Of a DNA stretch of 64,000 nucleotides, positions 40,787-53,220 are shown one piece after another. The DNA is from Eledone cirrhosa (taxonomy: Eukaryota): positions 108,624,001 to 108,688,000 of the forward strand of contig OZ024743.1 in NCBI GenBank assembly GCA_964016885.1, written 5' to 3'. The notes beneath the pieces were generated by a model that did no database searches, was not told the DNA's origin, and was given only the letters and a program-made list of their open reading frames with translations. How positions within the stretch are numbered: the stretch's first letter is position 1; each line of letters opens with the position of its first letter. The translations under genes and the position numbers were made by a program.

Positions 40787-41384
40787 GCATATAACGTAAA
40801 GTTAATGGAGGAATAGTTTCTAAAGAACAAGAATTGTTTCATTCGTATGAAATCATCAGGATTCCGGATGATTCCGAACGAATGTGCCTTGGATGAATAT
40901 AGAGAACTGTGTCTTATAGCCAGAGACTACACGACACAACATTAAAATACACTTTCCTAAATAGAAGACAAACAGTTTTACTGTTTTCAGCTAATTGAAT
41001 TTAATGGTACATATTTCGTGACGATGTTGCCCATTATATATATTATATATATATATATATATTAATTTACGTAAGCATAAGACAAAAAACAAATATTTGT
41101 TATGCATTCTTAGAATATTATCGTTGACTCGTTTATAACATATATGTATGCTATGGTTTATCAACCTATCTATCCTTAGCCTTTCCTTTGTCTAACTCTA
41201 ATTCGATATCAATCTCATACACCCTCTCTTATTCCCATCTGCTTTCGTCCCCCACTATCTCTCTCAGACTCACTCACTCGCTTGGTACCCCTCTCTCTCT
41301 CCTCTTCCCTCAGTATGCATATATATATATATATATATATATACAAAAAACTCAACCCATATGGAAGAAACAACCTAGACATCA

Positions 41385-41830
41385 GTGGAGAGCCGACCTG
41401 GAGGTGTAACTGCCCTGATAGATCTACGTGCCCCTCAACAACAAATGCCGAGAACGTAACGTTATCTACCAGTGCAGCGTGAGGACGGACACCCCCAACA
41501 AATCTTATATAGGATTAACCGCGTGTGACTTCAAGACCCGGCTCTACCAACACCGACATACTTTCCGAAATCCGGCGACATGCGACTACACTTCCGGGCC
41601 ACATCTGGGACCTCCAAGATAATAATATAACCTACAATCTCACTTGGAGCTTACTGTCCAGAGCCAACTATTACACAGGAGGACACCGTCCGTGTAACTT
41701 ATGCTCGGAGGAAACATTACAAATGCTGTTTTCGAAGGACCAACTCCTAAACAAGAAAGACGAACTGGTAACAACATGCAAACACAGATTGCGTAGGACT
41801 TACCCCGCCCTCAAACCCCATAACGACCCG
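41385..41830 (+). mobile_element. Penelope-like element remnant 1 (Cys-rich linker plus GIY-YIG endonuclease, Neptune-like)
   Basis: Frameshifted CNCPDRSTCPLNNKC, NVIYQCSV...SYIGLTACDFKTRLYQH, HIWDLQD...W and CNLCSEE motifs. Confidence 0.85.
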
Positions 41831-43917
41831 GGTGATACCCCCCCCCCACACTTGCTGAATAAGTTAGGGGAAACCCCAGCTTACATACGTAGATGTATCT
41901 CTTTTCTTTTCCTTTATGTCTTCTTATTCCCCTGTCTCCTCCTATCACTTCCTTCCACCCCCAATTGTCTTCCTCGTCTGCTTTTCCCATTTCGCCTACC
42001 CGATGCAGCCCATCGGGCCTCTGTAGCATCAGTTCCCCCACCCCTGTAATTTTAAGATAAAATTGGCCGAATACGTTTTACTAACCACTTATAGCAGATG
42101 TGTTAGACGCCTTTAATTTTGTATCAGTTGTGTTACTACTCCATTTATACAACTTGTTTTTCTATTCTCAACTTATTAACCTGTAATTGTAAGATAGCAT
42201 TGTGATTTTTTTTATTCATTTCTCACTATCTAATTCTCTATATTTTTTTATTTCTTTCTATTATCTTTTATTGGCTCCTACTTTCATTCGAATTACCTAT
42301 TATATAACCTGCCTCCTCCATTAAGAGGAATGGTCGTTGAAAATCCGCTCGTTGATTACAATGAAGCTCTTGCTTGAAGTGGATTTGTCGATAAGGTAGC
42401 ATATACAGAGTACGAAAATAGACCTAGAAGAAATAGATCCCGTTGCATTTGTTGGTATAACCCACCATATAATATGGAGGTGGCCACACCATTAGCTAAG
42501 ATCTTTCTTTCCCTTATTACGAAGCATTTTCCCCCTACACATAAAGATAGTAACATTTTTAATAGAAATACTATAAAAATGTCCTACTCTACGACTTCTA
42601 ACCTTGCACATAACAACACAGCTTCAAATTTAGCTAAACTACCTAGCCGTAGGAACACGTGCAACCCTGTAGTTAGTACTAACTGTAATTGTAGGAATCG
42701 GGTTGATTGCCCCCTATCCGGGAATTGCCTCTCTAGTAACATTGTCTACAAATGTAAGGTTGTAACACCCACGTCCCGGAGGGCCTACATAGGGTTAACC
42801 GCCAATAGATTCAAGCAGCGTCTTTACATGCATACCCATTCTTTTCGTTACCCTCTAAGAAGAAATATGACGTCACTTTCAGCTTATATCTGGAGTCTAA
42901 AAGACAACCACACCCAATATAAGTTAGACTGGGAGATCCTAACTAGGGCTAGATCGTATAACGGAAATAAAGGCCATGTGACCTCTGCGCCGCTGAGGCC
43001 CTAGAAATACTCTACGCCACAGACCACATCATAATCAATAAATCTGAGGCAATTTCGGCATGTAAACATAAATTGCACAAAACTTTCCTGTATTACAGCC
43101 CCACGTTATACCCTAACGGATAGTACGATCTATACGTGGATATTTTACGTCTCGATGTGGGAGCTAAGTATATGTTTTGTTTATACCTTTACTTATTTGC
43201 ATAGGTAAATATATATTATCCGTATGTTTTGTGAAGGTACGTATACCTTCTCGTACGTATGTTTGATTGTTATGGCGTATAATTTTTTTTATATATTCTG
43301 GTACATATGGTTCGGCTATGTGTATACGGGAGTTTGCGTCTGTGTGAGTATGCAGGTTCGTACGTATGTAGGGCGTGTGTATATGTGTACTTCATATTTT
43401 GGTTGACTTACGTCTCTGAACACTCGTGTATTTACATGTAGGTATGTGTGTGCGATTGTTATATACGTATTTATTTATTTATATACGTTTATATAATTAT
43501 TTATTTATTTGTATACACGCTTACACACACATATTTATATGTGCGTGGTTTTGTTTACCTATGGTAAGTTTTTGCGTATGCTTGTGTATGTACGTTTTTG
43601 TTTGCGTGTATGTATTTATTTATTTCTATTACTTCTGTATTGTATTTATTTACTTTGTTCTTAACTCCGTAGCGGAGATTCATTCGGTCTCCTAGTTAGA
43701 ATTTAGTCTACGACTTCTGCTATTCCATTTACGTTGTTTTTGTCTTTGCGTCCTATTGTTCTCCACGCTCCACATATGACGTATTATCTTCGTTTTTTTC
43801 GTTCATTGCCAGAGAACGTCTCTATGCACCACCTAAGAGAACATTAGCCTACGACCTCTTTTATACCAAACACGTGGTTCTGTCTTTGCACGTAATTGTT
43901 TTTCACCGCTCCTATTA

Positions 43918-44097
43918 ATTGTTTCTACTTTAGGCACAAGGCCAGCAATTACCCAGTGCATTACTGGTACTTTATTTTATCGACCCCGTAAGGATGAAAG
44001 GCAAAGTCAACCTCGGCGGGATTTGAACTCAGATCGTAAAGGGACGTGACTATGCTGGAAAACATGGCGTCCGACCCTCTACCGATACAGCCAATCC
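43918..44097 (-). mobile_element. tRNA-derived SINE, short variant, nested in the Penelope-like remnant
   Basis: Near-identical reverse complement of 44424-44602. Confidence 0.9.
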
Positions 44098-44237
44098 ACC
44101 TAATGACGTATTATATTCGTTTTTTCCCGTTCTTAGCCAGCGAACGTTCCCACGAACCAAAGTATCGTCTTCCTGTCTTCCTCCGGTTGCAACGTTTTTT
44201 GAAATATCCAGTTCTGCGTTTACAGATTGACTTTGTT

Positions 44238-44288
44238 AGTTTCAGAAGATCCCGTTAAGGGTGAACGCAGCGATTCTCTGCTTAAACT
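44238..44288 (+). ncRNA. Putative hammerhead-like motif, same family as 39971-40020
   Basis: agttt-CAGAAGA-tccc gttaa gggt-GAAC-gcag cgattct ctgc-TT-aaact: 5-bp stem I and 4-bp stem III. GAAA is GAAC in this copy. Confidence 0.45.
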
Positions 44289-44312
44289 TTAATCTGTTAT
44301 TTTAATAAATAA

Positions 44313-44384
<72 letters not shown>

Positions 44385-44423
44385 TATCCGAACAAACTAT
44401 CTTTATACATTGATATCATTATA

Positions 44424-44602
44424 ATGGATTGGAAGTATCGGTAGAGGGTCGGACACCATGCTTTCCATCATAGTTACGTCCCTTTACGATCTGAGTTCAA
44501 ATCCCGCCGAGGGTGACTTTGCCTTTCATCCTTACGGCGTCGATAGAATAAAGTACCAGTAATGCACTGGGTAATTGCTGGCCTTGTGCCTAAAGTAGAA
44601 AC
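44424..44602 (+). mobile_element. tRNA-derived SINE, short variant
   Basis: Full consensus, with attataat on both flanks. Confidence 0.9.
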
Positions 44603-44970
44603 AATTATAATATAAATTCCTATAACTTATATGAAAATAGAAACTTCAATGCGTTGAGGCTAATATCTCGTGGAAACAATTACATGAGAGCAAACTCACT
44701 GAAAAACCCATCATTTCTTGTATGGGAGTACCCGATTGGTGTAAGGATGGGAACGCTCTAAGTATAATCTCTAAGTTTAGATCTAATGTTGACGCTGTCA
44801 TCATTTGTTTAAGTTTCGTTAATCGCAATAGAATTTAGACAGTGTGGTATACACGTGTATATATACATACATACACATATATATATAACGAAGGAAGTGT
44901 GGTAAGGAACCAGAGGGAACATAACGCACCAGAGTACTCAATACTTAGGGTAGTAGAATGTGTAATATGA

Positions 44971-45069
44971 AAATGTTTAACCCCGACGGCAGAGCTCAAG
45001 CCGTTTCGACGGCTGTTTCTGAGACAGCCGTCGAAACGGCTTGAGCTCTGCCGTCGAGGTTAAACATTT
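44971..45069. repeat. 99-bp GC-rich near-perfect palindrome
   Basis: aaatgtttaaccccgacggcagagctcaagccgtttcgacggctgt / loop ttctgag / acagccgtcgaaacggcttgagctctgccgtcgaggttaaacattt, with one mismatch between arms. Confidence 0.95.
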
Positions 45070-46158
45070 ATTCATATGTATATACATATTACACGTGTGT
45101 GTATGTGTGTGTTTGTGTGTTGTGGTTGTATACGTCTTTGTATGTGTGCCCCAGCCACCGTGTATATATGTGCATGTGTGCATGTGGTAACTTCAGATCA
45201 AAACTTAAAATGTTTGACTGATATTTCACATCATCAGTTTGAGGAAAAACAACAGATATCTCTGATAACATTTCATTAACAACAGAAGCCGTAAACTCAA
45301 TATGTAACCCAGTACATCCATTACGTTCCAGTTTGCTTCAAATTTATATTCTTTTAAATTTCATCACACGATATTCGAGTATTTAGCAAAAGATGCAGCA
45401 TTATTCAATTCAGTTGAAAAATCTTCGTTTGGGAAATTATAAGAAATTCTTGCGGAAGAATGACGTTGCTTCATTTCCAAACATATGCGAGCTGTCGTGA
45501 ATAGTCTATTCACTTTAATGATTTTTTAAATTGTTTTATTGTATGTCTAAACTAAATTTATTACTGACTGAATAAGATATTCTCGAAATGAATTGTGTAG
45601 ATACTGGCAATTTTCCATAGATTCTTTCTTGATCTTTTCAGAGTACGTCGTTAGGAATTGCCAATACTTAAGACATTGCTGAAGAAACAGCGTCACATCT
45701 AGTGCTATGGTAGTTAATACATGAATGGCTTAACCGTGGTAGGCAAGACACCAAATTAATTCCTATACTCTAGAAAAACACAGGATTGTACACTGGATTG
45801 GAAACACGAATTGTAATGACATCCGACATATTTAGCTGATTAGATCGCAATACTGACGTGGCAGCCAAGACATGGATTGATCAAGCGCACTAGACACCGT
45901 ATCAAAATTCTTTGACATTATTTAAAGAAACGCCAGATTAAACAATGTATCGGTATTACAAATTGTAATGGTGAATTGAGACATTTGACTGAGTATATTT
46001 AACTGGTTCGATTTGTATCTCGTCTAAGACGAGACAATGATTTATAATTATGAATTATATTCATGTTGAACGCTGAATTACAATAGTGAATGTTTTTATT
46101 AATAGATCATGAACTATAATAATCACCTCATAATTTCATAACGTCTGTCTATTTTCAG

Positions 46159-46259
46159 TTGAAATTGTGCAGTGCCTCTATTCTTGGGGCAATGATCACA
46201 TTTTGCATTTGATCACCCAGAAGCCCACAACTGGTACAAGGACAACGGGCTACTGTTTG
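46159..46259 (+). CDS. Internal coding exon C (101 nt, phase 1/0)
   Basis: Acceptor tctgtctattttcag and donor gtaagt. Reads VEIVQCLYSWGNDHILHLITQKPTTGTRTTGYCL. Confidence 0.82.
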
Positions 46260-46639
46260 GTAAGTAGAATTCACTATTAAAGCGTTCATTGCATTCCTAC
46301 TTACATATTTGTTATACACATGTTTTCACATTGTTTATATAGAAATGACGGACAACAAGCAATTGTTTGTTAAGTAGAGTTCACCTAGTAAAACGATCAT
46401 TATATTACTAATTACATGCTTGTTATAAACATGGTTCCATTTTGTTTATATATTAGAAATTGTTCGAAAATGTAAGTTCCAATTGTTCGATCTCTGGAAC
46501 TTATAGATTATGATAATGTGATAAATATAAAGAGAACTGGATTTGTCGGCGCTATTATAGGGGTTTATTATCATGTATGGAATGAATATCGTTCAAATTC
46601 AATATGGAGTGTTCTAATTCATCGAAGAAAAATGACTGA

Positions 46640-46875
46640 GCATTCCAGACTTGTGTCGCCGTAACGATTCTCAAGGATATTAGTGTGCCTGTGTGTGACA
46701 AGGCTGACCTTTTGAATTGCATGTACAGTTCACCGTAGTGTGTCTAAAGAGCTTCAGTCTACCAAATTTCAGTCACAAGGCGTAGGTAGACCCCAAGCTA
46801 TAGTAAATCACACTTACCCAAGTGGCCTGCAGTGGGATTGAACTAACGGCAAGTGTTAAACCAACACTGTTTTCT
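46640..46875 (-). mobile_element. Old CORE-type SINE copy
   Basis: ctaccaaatttcagtcacaagg...gctatagta...cacttacccaag...gcagtgggattgaac resembles the reverse-complemented tRNA head and CORE domain of octopus SINEs (recognised from memory). Confidence 0.6.
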
Positions 46876-47125
46876 CTGCCTTTTAATTAGAACTTTTTAA
46901 GTTGTCAAAATATATAACTCTAAATAATGGACATAGCACACTCTCATGGTAATGTATATTTAATATTATAGCTAGATTTATTGAATTGAGACAAACTTAG
47001 TATAACGCTTTAGGAATAGTTCGGAATTGTTTGTGTTTGTTTACTAATTTATAATTGCATCTAATATTCAATATGACAAACACACACAATCACAAATACA
47101 CACACACAAATACACACACACATAG

Positions 47126-47192
<67 letters not shown>

Positions 47193-47230
47193 TATTTAAA
47201 AGAATAGAGGTGTAACACACAAGTTATGAT

Positions 47231-47439
47231 ATATTGGTAAACGGAATAGAAAAAACTGACAAATTGTTCACAGTGAAAAATAGTTTAATTAGGAATAAGT
47301 GATAATTAGTAATAGTATTGGTTACTATTAAGTTAAAACCAAAACTTAATACTAACCAGTACTACTACTAATTATCACTTATTCCTAATTAAACTATTTT
47401 TCACTGTGAACAATTTGGCAGCATTTTCTATACCGTTTA

Positions 47440-47446
<7 letters not shown>
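47231..47446. repeat. ~215-bp fold-back (palindromic) element flanked by (TA)n
   Basis: atattggtaaacgg...cacagtgaaaaatagtttaattaggaataagtgataattagta is mirrored by tactaattatcacttattcctaattaaactatttttcactgtg...ccgtttaccaatat. Confidence 0.88.
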
Positions 47447-47517
<71 letters not shown>

Positions 47518-47685
47518 TTTCGCTCACATGGCTGAATACAATAAATGTAATCTGAGTTTTTCGAATATTAATAATAACATTCGATTCGTTTGCAATTATG
47601 CAAACACGCCTCATTTTTAAAGCCATGTCAGTAGAATGAACCCTTCCTTCTTGCTCTTGTTTTGGCACGTAAACAGAACTTCAGA

Positions 47686-47717
47686 GACTAATGTTTCTGG
47701 GTATCACCCTTCATCAG
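47686..47717 (-). ncRNA. Minimal hammerhead core (stem I not intact)
   Basis: Minus strand CTGATGA-a-gggt gat accc-a-GAAAC-atta-GTC has all canonical core residues and a stem II, but the flanks do not pair well. Confidence 0.4.
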
Positions 47718-47999
47718 TACAGCTCACTCTTCACCTGTCAACTGTCAGAGCTATTTTCTAAAATATACAGTGACTAACCGGCCTAATTTGCATATTAGCA
47801 GACTGGCTGATCAGTCAGATCTGCATACCACTGATTTGCCAAATTTGCATATCAGCAGACTGGCCAGTCAGTTTCCTGTATACGAGAAATAAATGGCCGG
47901 CTTTGCCACATTCAAATAAAAAAAAATTCTATATATATATATTTATATTTAAAGCAACGAATATACGAATCTCATATTTTCATGTTAACCTTTTTTCAG

Positions 48000-48111
48000 A
48001 CATTTGCTGATAGTCTTGATGCCATGGACTTATATTCTGACCAAACCTGTAGTACAGATTTATTAATGATTATGAACAAAACACTAAGTATCCATCTTAC
48101 AAAGCCTGAAG
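48000..48111 (+). CDS. Internal coding exon D (112 nt, phase 0/1)
   Basis: Acceptor ccttttttcag and donor gtgagt. Reads TFADSLDAMDLYSDQTCSTDLLMIMNKTLSIHLTKPE. Confidence 0.82.
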
Positions 48112-48186
48112 GTGAGTTGGCGTTGATGTAACATTAAATGTTTTGATGTGGTGGGGGGGGGATACCTCTTCAATATCTATAAGGCA

Positions 48187-48235
<49 letters not shown>

Positions 48236-49265
48236 TACTACTACTACTACTACTACTACTGATGATGATGGTTTGATTGAGTTGATAATGCTGATACCTG
48301 TAATATGAACTGAATGCCACATTATAACTCGAGGATTTAGACGTTTAATTTACCCCAAGTAGTCATCTGATACCATATTTTACCGATACATAAGGGGTGA
48401 AGTTGCCAGGACAAGATTTCAAATCAGAACGAAAATATGTCGGGGACAAATAACAATGGTTATTTTATTCGGTGTTGTATATGTTCTTCAAATTCACATA
48501 CCATCTGATGATGATGATGATGTGTATTAATACGATTTTGATGATGCTGGAGGTGATAATAAAAATGAGGATGATTATGATGATGATATTTGTTTCTGAT
48601 TTAGGCACAAAGCTAAAACACATTTTATTCAGGAGGCGGGAGGAGGGATCGATTAAATCAATCCCATAATGATGAAATGAAAAGATACAATTGATGGGAT
48701 TTGAACCGAGAACGCAAGGAGCCGCAACTCTATGTCGCATGATGATGATAATAATAAGACAACCTAAATTGTATTAACGAATTACGAATTGCCAGTGCTG
48801 CTATTTGGAGTCTTACGAGAAATTCGATCCACATATATTTAAGAATTTTTCCAAAAATGACCATCCAATCTTTATTCAGGTTTACTAAAATCATGTTATC
48901 TAATATGTTGAAAGTGATGGCTAGGTATTATTTGACAAATACTTAGCTTCTATTCTTACTTGTTAATGCTCACCTGGTGAAAGATCCTTCATTTGCTCAT
49001 ATAATAATGAGATGTTAAGATTAACACAAAGTATGACAGTTCTCATATATATATATTTTTAACCTGTTTAGCTTGCTCGTTTTTTCGGCTGTCGTGGCTT
49101 GTGACTTCACAACGACTAATTTCATTTCTGTCTGGCCTTTATAACGCATGTTAATTGCCCGGGCTTCCTACTAGGCCATTGAGCGCTTGTCGGCATATCT
49201 CGAAGATTACATTTCGTTTTGTTTTGGCCACCGCCGAAATACGATCTCGCTGAAATTATATTTGG

Positions 49266-49296
<31 letters not shown>

Positions 49297-49385
49297 GTAT
49301 GTGTTGGTTGCTTACCGACTTCTCAGTATGCAAGTAGGAGCACTCAACGAAGTGCGCAGGCTATTTTGTTCACTCCAGAGTAATG

Positions 49386-49487
49386 TAAAATAATAACTCT
49401 GAGTCAAACATGTTAAAGTTGGCGTCGGATATGAATTGGAATAAACGAAGCCAACTTTAACATCTTTGACTTACACTTATTATTTTA
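49386..49487. repeat. Imperfect inverted repeat (~100 bp)
   Basis: agtcaaacatgttaaagttggcgtcg pairs with cgaagccaactttaacatctttgact, and aaaataataa pairs with ttattatttt. Confidence 0.75.
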
Positions 49488-49988
49488 TATATATATGCCA
49501 GCATAACCCGGATATTGCATTTCGCTTTTTTTTCGACGACAGCCAAAATTCGATCTCGCTGAAATTATATTTGTGTATGTATATATATAGTACTGCTAAA
49601 AAGACAAAGCCAACATTTTTTTTTATATAAGACTATAATCAACTGCATTCCTATTTCGCACACTAAGCTCGTATTAACCTTATCTAGTAATAAGTGGGAG
49701 ACCTTATAACTACAGGACCGGTGTATTGAAAGATCCACTTGAGAACATAAAACAAAATTAGACAGGAAGATGTATATGTCCTTTGACAAAAAGAGAGAAT
49801 TGTACATAATATTTCGATTAGAAATAAATAGGTACATGTACACAAACAAATTATGTCAAATATATTTTAAATATAGAAATTAAAAAATTGTAAAAAAAAA
49901 ATTAGGATGTTAAATGTGCTGCATATTAAAGCTCGAAGAAAGGCTAGTATGAAGATGAGGAAAAAGGAGAGTGAAAAAGAGAGAAAGG

Positions 49989-50035
<47 letters not shown>

Positions 50036-50323
50036 GGAGAGAGAGATTAATTGAGATAGGAAAATATATGTAGCGATCGTGAGAGAGGGATAGAGAGAAG
50101 GGACCGAATGAGAGATGGCGAGGTAAATGTTGCATCTTTACCTCGCGATCTACCTTGCTGAGCTGCATTTTCACGCTGTAAATGGTATTGCATTTATTGC
50201 GCTAATTTGCGCAAAAGAGTACAGAACAGCGTATATATAAATAAAGTTTACGTCAAACAGAAACCTCTTCATGGAAAATCGTACTAGTATATTTTATCCT
50301 TTATTTTTCTTTCTCTCGCCATG

Positions 50324-50399
<76 letters not shown>

Positions 50400-50534
50400 C
50401 ATAGCGGAGATGTTGTTTGTTATCTGTGATGTATATTGTATGGCATACATTATGTGTTGCATATAATGTCTACGCGATGGTCCAGGTCAGTCAAACATTG
50501 TTCCTGAGTTCAGTATTTTTCGTCTATCGGTCGC

Positions 50535-50672
50535 TATATTTGATTTGCAAAGCTGTCTAAACGTAGATATAACTCTGGGGTAATATTCTCCATTGAGTGC
50601 TTATCTGCACACCGAAACTACATTCGTTAGCTTGGCTGCTACCAAAAGCTTCGCGGATGCTGTACTCAAATT

Positions 50673-50676
<4 letters not shown>
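50535..50676. repeat. Dispersed repeat, related copy at 59545-59686
   Basis: Shared blocks aagctgtctaaacgta, attgagtgctt, tcgttagcttg and agcttcg, each copy ending ttgta(TA)n. Confidence 0.65.
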
Positions 50677-50712
<36 letters not shown>

Positions 50713-51015
50713 GAGAGAGAGAGAGAGAGAGATAGAGAAAGAGAGGGGGAGAGAGATAGTGAGAGAGAGGTGTAAAATCGCGACCACGGCGTCAAGCTAT
50801 TTCGTATTCTGTGTTTAGCAAGCCTAAAAGGGCGTAGTATATCTATGAATATATATATATGTATCTCTTTCTCCTTTTCTCTTTCTCTCTGTATATGTAT
50901 TTTGGTCCAAAATATGAGATATTTATTTTAAACATTTTATATATTATAATTTATATTTTGTAATTTTCTATTACATTATGTTATTGCTGATGTTTTTTAT
51001 GTTTTTCTTTTACAG

Positions 51016-51218
51016 CAAAATGTGTGACCCAAAAAGACAATGCACAATCTTCTAATAGCCAACATCAGCAGGGGGACCATAGTGTAATCTCCGTGCCTAA
51101 AGGGGGCTCACGCGAACTTATTAATGGTGTGGAATCGAAGAATATATCCCACCTACAACAATTGCTCATCTTAATAATTTCTATTGTCGCGATTATTTGC
51201 TTGCAGTCCGGCAGGTGA
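51016..51218 (+). CDS. Terminal coding exon E (203 nt including TGA) with a hydrophobic C-terminal segment
   Basis: Acceptor tttttcttttacag. The phase-1 join gives AKCVTQKDNAQSSNSQHQQGDHSVISVPKGGSRELINGVESKNISHLQQLLILIISIVAIICLQSGR*. Confidence 0.78.
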
Positions 51219-51529
51219 CTGTTTCTTGTCTGCCCGAGTTGATAGTTTTTGCATTGAAAATTAAAAAAAAATTCAAAAGAATATATATATATATATATAA
51301 TTGTAAAGAAAATTTCCAACAATAATATTAATAATTAAAAAAAAATATATGTGAAGTCCAGCTTTGCAGTGGACAACTGAATGCCGATTAACAATGAGAA
51401 AATTGAATGTTGAATATACTGATGATGAATATATCGCAGACAATGATGGCAATGACGATGAAGATGATAATGAAAAGATTGATGATAACAGATGTGTGTG
51501 GATATTTTTATGGTGAAGATGAAAATGAA

Positions 51530-51563
<34 letters not shown>

Positions 51564-52334
51564 ATGGATCATTATAAAATACCTAAAGAAGGATAAATAT
51601 TTTGACCATAATATCATCTGATGGTGGACAATGTGATGATTTTGAGTTGGATAGTGATGAAAAAATAAGCACACAAAAACAAATAGTAGAAATAATAGTG
51701 ACAAAAAGACAGTAAAAGTTACTTTGACGTTGATATTAATATTAATAATAATAAAAATAATAATACGAATGCTATGAAATAGTAATAGTTATAACAGCAA
51801 CAGCAACAACAACAACAACAACAATAACAATAATAATAATAACAATAATAACAATAATTCTTAGAATTATCAAGATGTGAATTTCTTAAAAGTAAATTAA
51901 TTTCCGAAAATATCCTGAACTAGTAATAAACAAATGTTAATAACAAAGAAATAATAATAATAATAATAATAATAATGATAATACTGAAGGACATAAACAT
52001 AATGATACAGCAATATTTATACATAATTAAAGAAATTGATGTCGATGTATATATATATCCCTAATAACAGATAAATGTAACAAAAGATAATTTAGAAAAT
52101 TAATGTTAAATAATAATAAAATAATACATAGAAACATACATACATACACAGACACACACACAGACACACACAAACACACATACACACATATATGTATATA
52201 TATATATATATGTGTGTGTGTGTATTTACAAACAATATACGTCAAATAGTAAATAAATACAAAATGAAGGAAACATCAGAAAAGTGTCTAAAACGTTATA
52301 TACACATGTATACAATTTATATATATATATATAT

Positions 52335-52425
<91 letters not shown>

Positions 52426-52430
52426 CATGC

Positions 52431-52469
<39 letters not shown>

Positions 52470-52759
52470 AGTGTGCGTGTGTATATATATGTATATAAAA
52501 ATAATTATATTGTGGGAATTGTGGGTGAAATGAGCTGAAAGGAAATATATATATATTTTTGTGATAATGATTGTAAGGAGAAGGCTACACAATTATCGTT
52601 CTCCTTTGAATATGTGTGCCTATGTATATATGTCGAAAAACGTTATGTAAGAGTGTGAATAATGAATTGTATTATTACTATTAGTGCCATCACCATCAGA
52701 GTTAGAGCCAATATCTCAATCATGGATGCGTATTCATAGACACATATTAACAAACACAT

Positions 52760-52786
52760 ATATACATGATATATATATATATATAT

Positions 52787-52832
<46 letters not shown>

Positions 52833-52992
52833 ATATATATATATATATATATATCAATATATATATATATATATATATCAATATATATATATATATATAT
52901 ATCAATATATATATATATATATATATATCAATATATATATATATATATATATCAATATATATATATATATATATCAATATATATATATATCA

Positions 52993-53028
<36 letters not shown>

Positions 53029-53030
53029 CA

Positions 53031-53062
<32 letters not shown>

Positions 53063-53165
53063 CAATATATATATATATATATATTGATATATACATATAT
53101 ATATATCAATATATATATATGTATATATCAATATATATATATGTATATATATGTGTATATATCAA

Positions 53166-53198
<33 letters not shown>

Positions 53199-53220
53199 CA
53201 ATATATATATATATATACAT
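52760..53220. repeat. (TA)n-derived minisatellite with periodic TCAA interruptions
   Basis: atcaat recurs about every 18-36 bp within (TA)n. Confidence 0.85.

Larger units (their letters stand above)
42305..44315 (+). mobile_element. Penelope-like element remnant 2 (RT thumb/linker plus GIY-YIG at 42305-43125, then probable pseudo-LTR)
   Basis: YNEAL..SGF, WYNPPY, IFNRNTIKMSYS, CNCRNRVDCPLSGNC, NIVYKC...AYIGLTANRFKQRLYMH and SLSAYIWSLK motifs. The downstream T-rich region ends in the hammerhead-like unit at 44238-44315 and (TA)n. Extent beyond 43125 is inferred. Confidence 0.82.

Noticed and set aside
49155-49176. Possible Helitron 3' end (gcccgggc ... ctag)
   Set aside because: The hairpin is too short, and there is no 5' TC end or second copy.
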